From positions 1 through 61,742 of the forward strand of contig JABIGM010000027.1 in NCBI GenBank assembly GCA_018650165.1: a stretch of 61,742 bases of DNA, read 5' to 3'. This document shows positions 1-8,374 of this stretch, in pieces (position 1 is the stretch's first letter; each line of letters starts with the position of its first letter). The stretch comes from Methanobacteriota archaeon. GTDB lineage: Archaea; Thermoplasmatota; Poseidoniia; Poseidoniales; Poseidoniaceae. The notes beneath the pieces are model-generated. The model had not been told where the DNA came from. It searched no databases and saw only the letters and a program-made list of their open reading frames with translations. The position numbers and the translations under genes were made by a program.

Positions 1-906
1 CACTCCACTGAAGAATACCGCTTTACCGGCAGTTGCTACGGTCATGGCTGTTGAGGTCCGAATGTCATGACCGCGGTTCATTTCTTCACGGAATCGATTT
101 ACCATGAATAAGGAATAATCTATTGATACTCCTATTCCGATTAGAGAAATAATATTGACAGCATATTGAGTCACGTCTGTGACATTGGATAGCCAAATGG
201 TGATCCCCATTGCTGAAAGTACGGTCAATAATGCAATCCCTATTGGCAATAATGCCGCAATTATTGTTCCGAAAACTATGACCAAGATTATCAGAGATAA
301 TGGGAATGAAACAAGTTCTGCAGTAATCAGATCATCTTGGATTCTCTTATCGAATATGACATCGATAGCAACCCCGCCTGTTCGCCAGGTCTCAAAATCC
401 TCATCGTCTATTTCCACATCTTCCCAATTTTCAGCATACAATTCCTTTGCTTGAGTGCGGTCTAAATTGATGGTTACAACATTTAATGCCCAGAAACCAT
501 CTTCATCTTCATGAATAAATTGGTCTCTCTCGTCATCGGTCTTCTCCCATGAATATTCAATGCTAACATCATCTAGACTAGCAAATGCGCTCAATGCATC
601 GGTAACAGAATCCTGCCAATCTGTCGAAGTATCATTTAACGTAGGGTGATAGACGAGATAAGTGAAGGATTGCGAGCCTTCGTCTAAAGTGAAGGCATCA
701 TTATACGTCTTAGAGGCATTCATAGATTCAAGGTCTCCCTCTCCCCAAGATTCTGCCCAATTTGGGCCCATTGTCATCAATGAAGCCATAGCGAAACACG
801 CAAGTATTCCAGTTACCAAAACTTTCTTTCTATGGTCGAAAGTAAATTCTCCCAATTTGTAAAATAGGCGGCCTTCGAGCATCTTCGGCTCGGTCACACC
901 TTCCAT
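1..906 (-). CDS. MMPL/RND-family transporter, 5' part (runs off the left edge; not in the ORF track)
   Basis: Translated by hand from ATG at 906 (MEGVTEPKMLEGRLFYKLGEFTFDHRKKVLVTG...). The frame appears open to position 1 and contains the MMPL motifs LIGIGVSIDYSLFMVNRFREE and TSTAMTVATAGKAVFFSG. Confidence 0.85.
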   Translation of the reverse strand, partial: MEGVTEPKMLEGRLFYKLGEFTFDHRKKVLVTGILACFAMASLMTMGPNWAESWGEGDLESMNASKTYNDAFTLDEGSQSFTYLVYHPTLNDTSTDWQDSVTDALSAFASLDDVSIEYSWEKTDDERDQFIHEDEDGFWALNVVTINLDRTQAKELYAENWEDVEIDDEDFETWRTGGVAIDVIFDKRIQDDLITAELVSFPLSLIILVIVFGTIIAALLPIGIALLTVLSAMGITIWLSNVTDVTQYAVNIISLIGIGVSIDYSLFMVNRFREEMNRGHDIRTSTAMTVATAGKAVFFSGV

Positions 907-939
907 GTCCGTCCCCCTGAAGCATACTATTTCATTTGG

Positions 940-959
940 TGGTTATACCCGTATCACCA
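940..959. promoter_or_regulatory. Imperfect palindrome TGGTTATAC-CC-GTATCACCA between the divergent MMPL and MFS genes (candidate operator)
   Basis: The 9-bp arms match at 8/9 positions with a 2-bp spacer, inside an 87-bp divergent intergenic region. Confidence 0.35.
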
Positions 960-993
960 TATTTACTAAATACAGAAAAATATATCCAGTAAT

Positions 994-2532
994 ATGCGAG
1001 AAGAAAGCGATACCTTGGAGGCCTATCCTCCTAACCGTTGGTTGATTCTAGCAGTAATGAGTTTGAGTCTAATCATTGTGATGTTGAACAATGTCACTCT
1101 CAACGTTGCACTACCAGAATTATCTCTTGATTTGAGTGCAGATAATTCGGAATTACAATGGATTATGGATTCCTATGCTCTTGTGTTTGGAGGTACTCTT
1201 CTTGTCATGGGAGCATTGGGAGATAGATTTGGACGCAAGGGTGCGCTGCAAATCGGTTTGGTAATTGTTGGGACTGCTTCGGCCTGGACTGCATTCTATG
1301 CTGATTCATCGACAGATGTCATCCTCGCACGTGCAACAATGGGCTTAGGTGCTGCACTCGTGATGCCTTCTACACTATCTGTAGTATTGGTTGTATTTCC
1401 TCCAAATGAAAGGGGAAAAGCCATTGGAATATGGGCTGCAATGGCCGGAATTGGAGCGCCTATTGGGTTACTAGTTGGCGGCTGGGCTGTTGAGAGTTAT
1501 AATTGGGAAATGGTATTCTTGATCAACGTGCCAATCATACTTCTAGCATTGATTGCTGGTGCCATTATTGTTCCCCGTTCCAAAGATGATAATCAAAGAC
1601 CACTTGACGTGATTGGAGCAATTCTCTCGGTCATTGCCCTTGCTTCATTATTGTACGGAATTATCGAAGGCCCAAGTCTTGGGTGGGCTGACAAACAAGT
1701 TCTGGTTTCGTTCGTTGTCGCCATCATTGCAGGAATGGCATTCGTAGTTAGGCAGAAGAAAACAGAGTATCCATTATTGCCTCTAGAGTTCTTCAAAAAC
1801 CAGAAATTTACCCTTGGGCTGATCGCAATTGCACTTGCGATGTTCGTGATGTTCTCGTTCATGTTCATGCAAATGCTTCACTTCCAACTGGTTAGAGGGC
1901 ATTCGGCATTCTCAGCGGCAATCAGATTCTTCCCCCTACCTATGGGATTGATGCCTGCTGCTGCAAATAGTGACAAATTAGTTGCAAAATTTGGAAGGCC
2001 AAATGTAATTGCAACTGGATTAATTCTGGTTGCTGCTGGCCTATTCTTATTCACCTTAGTCGAAATTGAGACGAATTACTGGCAGATTGCAGCAACATTT
2101 GTTCTACTTGGTTTGGGAATGGGGCTGACTATGGCCCCTTCAACAACAGCTATCATGGATGTGATTCCTGAATCTAAGGCTGGCGTAGGAAGCGCAACAA
2201 ATGATGCTAGTAGAGAGATTGGCGGTGCATTAGGAATTGCAATTGGCGGTAGTGTTCTCAATGAGATTTACCAAAATTCAATTTCTATTCCTAACTCGGC
2301 AATGGGCAACTCTGGTTTGATTGAAAGTTCATTCCCAGCTGCAATGAAAATCGGAGCAGAAATGTTAGCCAAAGGAAACGCGGAGGGTGGAGTGTTGATT
2401 GCAAATGCCAGAGATGCTTTCATTGAAGGAATGGTCGGTGCATGTATTGTTGCAGGCTGTGTAGCCCTAATTGCTGCGATTATTGTAAAATGGAAAATGC
2501 CCGAAGACGTTTCATCTACCGCGGAAGAATAA
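994..2532 (+). CDS. MFS drug:H+ antiporter, DHA2 (EmrB/QacA) family, 14 TM
   Basis: Motifs LNNVTLNVALPEL, LQWIMDSYAL, GALGDRFGRK, GIWAAMAGIGAPIGLLVGG, W..VFLINVPI and ASREIGGALGIA. Confidence 0.92.
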   Translation: MREESDTLEAYPPNRWLILAVMSLSLIIVMLNNVTLNVALPELSLDLSADNSELQWIMDSYALVFGGTLLVMGALGDRFGRKGALQIGLVIVGTASAWTAFYADSSTDVILARATMGLGAALVMPSTLSVVLVVFPPNERGKAIGIWAAMAGIGAPIGLLVGGWAVESYNWEMVFLINVPIILLALIAGAIIVPRSKDDNQRPLDVIGAILSVIALASLLYGIIEGPSLGWADKQVLVSFVVAIIAGMAFVVRQKKTEYPLLPLEFFKNQKFTLGLIAIALAMFVMFSFMFMQMLHFQLVRGHSAFSAAIRFFPLPMGLMPAAANSDKLVAKFGRPNVIATGLILVAAGLFLFTLVEIETNYWQIAATFVLLGLGMGLTMAPSTTAIMDVIPESKAGVGSATNDASREIGGALGIAIGGSVLNEIYQNSISIPNSAMGNSGLIESSFPAAMKIGAEMLAKGNAEGGVLIANARDAFIEGMVGACIVAGCVALIAAIIVKWKMPEDVSSTAEE

Positions 2533-2546
2533 CGCACTTCAGAACT

Positions 2547-3008
2547 TCATTCAACTAAAATATCGTTAATGTTGCCTATTATTTTTTGATCCTCTGTATG
2601 CTTGATTGTTACATCAATCGAACAACTATTGGAGCACAAATCAGTTGCCCCCTCGGATATGATAATTTCTTCTCCTACGCTCCATTCATTATCATTGTCC
2701 ACATCATAAGTGCAATCTGCAGAAGGATCGTTTTGTTGACAGTTAATGGGGGTACTGCCGTCTACTTGAATTGTAACTCCTACTGATGTCCAATTGATAT
2801 CGCTTCCTTGATTCATCATTACATAAAACAATTCATCGCTAGCATTTGTTGAAGTACTCTCGGAAGAATCCCCTCCATCGAAGCCGTATATCTGCAAACT
2901 CGGTGATTCGTCCGCCTGAGGAGGTTGTGCGGCATCATCAACCGTGCATCCTGCGAGTAGCAGTGTAATTGACAATAATAATGCTCCACATATTCTAGAC
3001 TTGTTCAT
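2547..3008 (-). CDS. Putative lipoprotein with a small beta-rich extracellular domain
   Basis: Lipobox-like LLLAGC follows a hydrophobic signal. The domain is acidic and carries paired cysteines. Confidence 0.6.
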   Translation of the reverse strand: MNKSRICGALLLSITLLLAGCTVDDAAQPPQADESPSLQIYGFDGGDSSESTSTNASDELFYVMMNQGSDINWTSVGVTIQVDGSTPINCQQNDPSADCTYDVDNDNEWSVGEEIIISEGATDLCSNSCSIDVTIKHTEDQKIIGNINDILVE

Positions 3009-3048
3009 AATGAGTTCACAACAATTAGATGTATAACTATTCCGTAAA

Positions 3049-4038
3049 TTAACGAAACATCTTGCTACATCGGGTTTCCCACAACTTTAGCCACTGCTCA
3101 AGATTGTATTCTTTGTCTCCTTCTATCAATGACCGCTGAGAGGAATCAGATGGTTGGATTCTACAACCACAAGCATTTGCATGACCGCCCCCTGTTTCAT
3201 CTAGCAAGGTTGCAAGGAGTGAGAGGTCGTACGGGTTTTCTTCGTCACGGAATGAATTTGCATAGAATGATGCGCCTAGTGCTGGACGGTTTGGAGTCTC
3301 TATACTTCCATCGATAAATCCGTGAATAACACAACACGCTAGAGCATCTGGCCCTGCTAAGGCTGTGATTAGGTACCCATTACTGCGCATCCCAGTCTCA
3401 CTCAAATCACATACTGCAAGGCCATCAATGATGATTGTTTTTTCTTTTACAACTTTAGATTGTTTTTCTCGTTCAGAGCCCAGTTTTTCCAATCGCTCTT
3501 TATGGCTATCCAAAATATCTGATAGTGGCATTCCGCTAGCAAATTGGTTCAACACTTCCTGGAGATGTTCTGGGTCAGAAAGTCCCAATGACCTCGACAA
3601 ACGAATTACTGGCCCATCCTCCATAAATTCTTCAAGAGTTATCCCCCCCGAATCTAATGCATCGACAATAGGCATTACCTCTTCTAGATGAGATAAATCT
3701 AGTTTGTTTTTCATCAAATCATAAGCGGCACGGGCTGCAGAAGGAGTGTCTCTCCAATGACATATTCCGCCCCGTTCCTCGAAAATTTTCTGTTCAGAAG
3801 GAGATGGACGATTGGTCAGATGGTGATCCAAATATAATCCGCAATCCGGATGAAAGGGTAAGTCGCATATTGCGGTATTGCGGTCAATTAGATTGTTGAG
3901 ACTCCCGGCCCTAATTAGAGCGGGATGCGCAAAGTGGACCTCAATATCGGGTTTACTTGCCTTCAGAACTGCTGCTGCCATTAGACCGTCCAAATCAGAA
4001 TCGGCGACGACCCGTAAAATACCGTCCAAAGGCGACAC
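3049..4038 (-). CDS. DHH/DHHA1-family phosphoesterase (NanoRNase/exopolyphosphatase-like)
   Basis: Motifs DSDLDG, CDLP, YLDHH and C-terminal GGGHANACGC. Confidence 0.82.
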   Translation of the reverse strand: MSPLDGILRVVADSDLDGLMAAAVLKASKPDIEVHFAHPALIRAGSLNNLIDRNTAICDLPFHPDCGLYLDHHLTNRPSPSEQKIFEERGGICHWRDTPSAARAAYDLMKNKLDLSHLEEVMPIVDALDSGGITLEEFMEDGPVIRLSRSLGLSDPEHLQEVLNQFASGMPLSDILDSHKERLEKLGSEREKQSKVVKEKTIIIDGLAVCDLSETGMRSNGYLITALAGPDALACCVIHGFIDGSIETPNRPALGASFYANSFRDEENPYDLSLLATLLDETGGGHANACGCRIQPSDSSQRSLIEGDKEYNLEQWLKLWETRCSKMFR

Positions 4039-4125
4039 AGGATGACGCGTGAGTACTCAAGACATGAATGTATAGTGCGAAATAGAAGCGATGGGGCTAT
4101 CAACGAGTAGTCGGGCCGCACAATC

Positions 4126-4533
4126 ATGGAGACCTCGTGCGGTGTTGTACTGGTGAATTTTGGTTCTATCCTTCTCCTCCAATACCCGCAGGGGCATTGG
4201 GATTTCCCAAAAGGCCACATCGAGAACGAAGACTCGAACAGAATGGCTACCGCTGCTAGAGAGTTGGCCGAAGAAACTGGAATTACTGATATTGAATTCA
4301 TAGAGGGTTTCGAGCACCGTACTGCTTATGATTTCCGCCACAAAGGGAAGCGGATTGATAAGCAGGTGTTTTGGTATATTGCAGAAACAGAAACCTTAGC
4401 AGTGAAAATTAGTCATGAGCACCGTGAACACCTTTGGCTAGAGTGGGAAGGTGCAATGAGGCAACTAACTCATACTGAGAGTCAAGGTGTCCTTGCTGCA
4501 GCACACGACCATATGAAATCAATTGGCCGCTAA
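4126..4533 (+). CDS. NUDIX hydrolase, Ap4A (bis(5'-nucleosyl)-tetraphosphatase)-like
   Basis: HWDFPKGHIE followed by the Nudix box AARELAEETG, and LSHEH-like ISHEH...W. Confidence 0.85.
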   Translation: METSCGVVLVNFGSILLLQYPQGHWDFPKGHIENEDSNRMATAARELAEETGITDIEFIEGFEHRTAYDFRHKGKRIDKQVFWYIAETETLAVKISHEHREHLWLEWEGAMRQLTHTESQGVLAAAHDHMKSIGR

Positions 4534-4536
4534 TGA

Positions 4537-5196
4537 TTATTGGTTTGATTTTTGACGGCGAGTCATTTCCGAAGTACCTGTCTCACGCTTACCCTTTGGA
4601 ATCCACAGGGTTTCGTCTTCCCCTAATCTCAGGGTTATCCAGCGTGTTAGAATGAACAGCCAATCCGATAACCGATTTACATATTGCAAAGTGACAGGAC
4701 GGATTTCATCAACAATTCCAACCATTGAACGCTCCAATCTACGAGTTACCGTGCGGGCGAGATGTAATGTTGCAACAGAACCAGACCCGGTTGGCATAAT
4801 AAAACTCTCAAGAGGAGGTAATTCTTCATTCCAAGTATCCATTTCTTCACATAAACGGTCAGAATCTTTCTGGTCAATTAATTCCATGAATTCGGGTAGC
4901 TTATCCGGCGAGCAGGCCAGTTCAGCTCCAAGGTCAAATAATTCACTTTGTAGGCGACCTATTGCAGAAGAACACACGTCCTTTACTCGGCGAACGGTGA
5001 TTCGCTGGCCCCCATCTGCATGGGTATCTGAAATACGGTTTGATTCCATCAATACAAGGCCGAGTAATGCATTGACTTCGTCACATGTGCCAACTATCTC
5101 TATTCGGGTATTGCTCTTTGCAACACGGCTGCCATCTACTAGAGAAGTTTCACCAGAATCGCCGCTCCCGGTATGCACCTTTGTGATTCGGACCAT
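4537..5196 (-). CDS. pduO: ATP:cob(I)alamin adenosyltransferase, PduO type
   Basis: Motifs KVHTGSGDSGETSL...RVAK, GTCDEVNA, LQSELFDLGAELA, LHLARTVTRRLER and YVNRLSDWLFILTR. Confidence 0.92.
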   Translation of the reverse strand: MVRITKVHTGSGDSGETSLVDGSRVAKSNTRIEIVGTCDEVNALLGLVLMESNRISDTHADGGQRITVRRVKDVCSSAIGRLQSELFDLGAELACSPDKLPEFMELIDQKDSDRLCEEMDTWNEELPPLESFIMPTGSGSVATLHLARTVTRRLERSMVGIVDEIRPVTLQYVNRLSDWLFILTRWITLRLGEDETLWIPKGKRETGTSEMTRRQKSNQ

Positions 5197-5208
5197 GTAT
5201 GCCGGAGG

Positions 5209-5691
5209 TTATGCTTCAACAAGAGGTCTGCGGCTGTTTATCCCAGTATCTAGCGGATACCACCACTCGATATCATCTTCGCCTTCACACCACGAATATA
5301 GAACAAGATAACCATCGACTACGCCGTGCCATTCTAAGTGTCCTGGGTCGAACCCAGCGATTCTCGCACCCATTGATTCAAGTGCATCTCCGATACCTTG
5401 CCATTCTTTTACTAAATTTCCAAGTTGGTCTGCCACTTCAACAACATGTTCGTGATGCGGAGGTAAATCGTCAACTAAGATTTCTAATTCTTCGGTCAAA
5501 TCGTGGGCTTGATCTTGAAGTGATTGTAAATTGAACAGATGTTTTTTGGCTAATTCTAACTCCGTTCTCGCTTCATCAATAGTTACAACTCTAGACCCAT
5601 CGGGTAATGCTAGAAGCGCCATTTCATCGAGAAGTTCGCTCAAATTCATTGGTTGGCCTGCTAGTGGCGGTGTATTCCATTCGTCCTGCAC
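5209..5691 (-). CDS. DUF2203-family protein
   Basis: A helical N-terminal half, then ...YSWCEGEDDIEWWYPLDTGINSRRPL, which resembles the DUF2203 C-terminal signature. GTG start. Confidence 0.72.
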   Translation of the reverse strand: MQDEWNTPPLAGQPMNLSELLDEMALLALPDGSRVVTIDEARTELELAKKHLFNLQSLQDQAHDLTEELEILVDDLPPHHEHVVEVADQLGNLVKEWQGIGDALESMGARIAGFDPGHLEWHGVVDGYLVLYSWCEGEDDIEWWYPLDTGINSRRPLVEA

Positions 5692-5718
5692 GGTTGTGCT
5701 ACTATAAGTGAGGCTTCT

Positions 5719-6015
5719 TCAAGCCTGTGGTGCAATTGTATCAGTAGATACGATTTCATGACCATCATTCGATATGCGATTTAGGAATTTACCAATTAAC
5801 AAACACGCAATAATTCCCCAGACAAGTAATTCAATTCCTATAATTATCCAAGCGAAGGACCCTGCTGCATCTAACATAATGTTTGTATCATAAGGAACTC
5901 CATTGATTGCAAGGTATGCAACTTGGGAAAACAAAGATGCTCCAAACCATACAAAAACCGCGTACCAACTAATAGTCGATAAAGCCCAATCTTCCCGGTA
6001 TTCTTCTCTTTCCAT
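5719..6015 (-). CDS. Hypothetical 2-TM membrane protein
   Basis: Two hydrophobic segments. The ORF fills the gap between its neighbours and has a TTTAAG box 25-30 nt upstream. Confidence 0.6.
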   Translation of the reverse strand: MEREEYREDWALSTISWYAVFVWFGASLFSQVAYLAINGVPYDTNIMLDAAGSFAWIIIGIELLVWGIIACLLIGKFLNRISNDGHEIVSTDTIAPQA

Positions 6016-6089
6016 ACTATTAATTTGACTTCAACCCTCTTAAATGATACCCTTTTATGTTTCATCTAGAGCGGAAATTTAGTGAAAAA

Positions 6090-6809
6090 TTATTCTTCTT
6101 CGCCATGTGGCTGCATATGAGATATTGCAAATTCTATGGTTTCAATCCATTCTTTTGCGACCGCTCCTTCGCCACCGATTTCAGTTAATCTTAGTGACCA
6201 ATGCTTTGATTCAGAGTGATTTCCCAAGAAAGTGTGAATTCTTTGCAAAGCAACCCATGCCATTGGGTTGATATGTTCTTCTTCCAGATCCCATGCTTTC
6301 TCAAAGCATTCCAACGCTCCATGCTCCCCTGATAGTTGTCCTCGTTGCAAAGCAACCAGTCCTGCTTTAGACCAAGCCAAAGGCAATCTTCCAATTAATA
6401 ATCCACGGAAAACTAACCATGTTTGGAAACCGCCGATTACAACAATGGTTGCGAATGCTGAATACTCTTCGAACTTGGAAAGTTCGGACCATTGTTCTGA
6501 CATTAATGCTGTTGCAGCTATTGAAAATAGAATCCCTGCAAAGGGTGCAACAATCACTTCATCACGAGATTTCAACATATTTTGAAGACCGCGTACTAGG
6601 CCTAAGGCACCGTAAATTAACAAGAAAAAGAGGTGGACTTGGACGCCGGTTGGGCGAGGTGCTGCCTCGCCTAACAACAACAATAATCCAATTATTAACA
6701 ACACTAGACCATACCTTTTAGATGGCCCTGGAAATGGTTGACGCTTACTCATCACGATAAGAGCGAGCGCTACTGCGAACTCTAATGTGAAGAACCACCA
6801 AGTCTCCAT
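6090..6809 (-). CDS. Hypothetical multi-TM protein with a TPR-like C-terminus
   Basis: About five hydrophobic segments, then WSKAGLVALQRG...ALECFEKAWDLE...AWVAL (TPR-like pattern). Confidence 0.62.
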   Translation of the reverse strand: METWWFFTLEFAVALALIVMSKRQPFPGPSKRYGLVLLIIGLLLLLGEAAPRPTGVQVHLFFLLIYGALGLVRGLQNMLKSRDEVIVAPFAGILFSIAATALMSEQWSELSKFEEYSAFATIVVIGGFQTWLVFRGLLIGRLPLAWSKAGLVALQRGQLSGEHGALECFEKAWDLEEEHINPMAWVALQRIHTFLGNHSESKHWSLRLTEIGGEGAVAKEWIETIEFAISHMQPHGEEE

Positions 6810-6844
6810 GGCTTAAGGCGGTAGGGCATTCCACTTGATTGTTG

Positions 6845-7258
6845 TCAAACTCTATGATAGGAACTGCCGCGAGAAATCTCATTAGAACGGTATAATTGTT
6901 CCATCAGCAATACAGATGCCAATTCGTGTGGGAAAGTCATTGGCGATAGTGAAATCGATTCCCTACCGTGGCCCTTAGGAAAACCATCTGCTGGCCCTAT
7001 TGCAAGATGTGTGTCTTCTGTCGCGATTACCCAATTTGTAAAACGCTCAGAGAAGGCCACTGAATCCATCATTTCTCCAACTTCATCGAGTAATATGGCA
7101 TTATCTGGAATCCTTGAAAAATATTCTTCTGCCGATAATTTGACATTATGTATCTCAAGTCTAACTTTGGCTTTCAACCGCTGAGAATAATCTTCGATGA
7201 GGCTCGCCATTTTCTTGTCGGAAGGTTTGCCGTGTAGGTTAACTATGATTCGCCCCAT
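6845..7258 (-). CDS. rlmH: 23S rRNA (pseudouridine1915-N3)-methyltransferase RlmH (SPOUT)
   Basis: Motifs ILLDEVGEMMDSVAFS, AIGPADG and SLSPMTFPHELASVLLMEQLYRS..I.RGSSYHR. Confidence 0.88.
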   Translation of the reverse strand: MGRIIVNLHGKPSDKKMASLIEDYSQRLKAKVRLEIHNVKLSAEEYFSRIPDNAILLDEVGEMMDSVAFSERFTNWVIATEDTHLAIGPADGFPKGHGRESISLSPMTFPHELASVLLMEQLYRSNEISRGSSYHRV

Positions 7259-7315
7259 AGCCAGCCCAAGCAGTTCAACCCCAAGACTCTTGATGGTGTA
7301 GCCCGAGGGCGTGTT

Positions 7316-7651
7316 ATGGGTTGGTGGCCATTCAAGAGAACTTCGAAAGGCCCCGCCATTCCTGATGTTATTCGCAGAGATACGAGAACTTGGCTAGTGG
7401 ATTTGCAAGAAACATGTGAACGGAATTTTGATTCTCCCGAAGAAGCCCGAAGAAGGATTAGACAGATGGTTGGGGAATGGAAAGATGCTAACGCTGAAGG
7501 TGTGATGGAAGATTCACTTTTTGAGGGCCTTAATATGCGCGCATTCAGACTTTTGAATTGCTCTGATGAAGAGTTTTCTCAGTGGCTAGATAACCTAAAT
7601 TTTTGGAAACCTGGATGGAGACCCGAAGGGTCCAGAGATACGGATGAATGA
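7316..7651 (+). CDS. Hypothetical protein
   Basis: A 111-aa ORF that heads an apparent 3-gene unit. No motif recognised. Confidence 0.6.
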   Translation: MGWWPFKRTSKGPAIPDVIRRDTRTWLVDLQETCERNFDSPEEARRRIRQMVGEWKDANAEGVMEDSLFEGLNMRAFRLLNCSDEEFSQWLDNLNFWKPGWRPEGSRDTDE

Positions 7652-7678
7652 TGAAGTAGTGCCTACCCCCGAAGATTC

Positions 7679-8374
7679 ATGGGGAGTGCAGGCGAACTAC
7701 ACATGCTGTACACTTGTCCATTCTGTTGGAAAGTTAGAGGGCTTCTTGAGCACCTCGATTTAGAATACGAAAAGGTTCAAGTCAATCCAATGAAAGCAAA
7801 GAAGACTTTGCCAAGCGCCCCTGAATGGAAAAAGGTCCCTGTATGGGTTGATTCGGAAAAGAATGTGCATGTTGATTCTACGCCAATAATGAAGGAAATT
7901 GATGCCGTTCATAATGAGGGGAAACTTTGGGCCAGCAAAAATGAAGAACGTCGTGATGAATGGATGGAGTGGGTGGACCTACACATGTCAAAGGCGACGA
8001 TTCCGATCTTGTATGGGAGTTTGTTCTCAGCATTGAAAACCACAACTCGTGTTTCAAAACTCGAAAAGTTTGGATTTATTTCCAAGCGTTTGTACGCGTG
8101 GGCAGGGTTCCCGATAATGTGGGGCATTATTGCCCGTAGTAGAGTGAAGAAAGATGGCAGGAGTCCCAAGCAATTGTGGCATGATTTACTAAGTCAATTT
8201 ACTGCTTCATTCAACGGAGAGCAATTCTTTGGAGGAGATTCACCAGACCTAGTAGACCTCGCAGCATTTGGCTATGTGCGTTCGATTTCCCCTTACCCCC
8301 AGTTCTCCCAAATTACTGATCACGAAGTTGGAATGAAATGGTATAACGCCATTGAATCTTCTCTGAAGGTGTGA
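7679..8374 (+). CDS. Glutaredoxin/GST-fold protein, prostaglandin E synthase 2 (PTGES2)-like
   Basis: YTCPFCWKVR, VNP, KKVPV and DSTPI in the N-domain; FFGGDSPDLVDLAAFG in the C-domain. The start is uncertain (see findings). Confidence 0.8.
   Translation: MGSAGELHMLYTCPFCWKVRGLLEHLDLEYEKVQVNPMKAKKTLPSAPEWKKVPVWVDSEKNVHVDSTPIMKEIDAVHNEGKLWASKNEERRDEWMEWVDLHMSKATIPILYGSLFSALKTTTRVSKLEKFGFISKRLYAWAGFPIMWGIIARSRVKKDGRSPKQLWHDLLSQFTASFNGEQFFGGDSPDLVDLAAFGYVRSISPYPQFSQITDHEVGMKWYNAIESSLKV

Noticed and set aside
179-862. ORFs 179-454 and 662-862 on the + strand
   Set aside because: Antisense shadows of the MMPL gene, which the ORF track missed because it has no stop codon inside the window.
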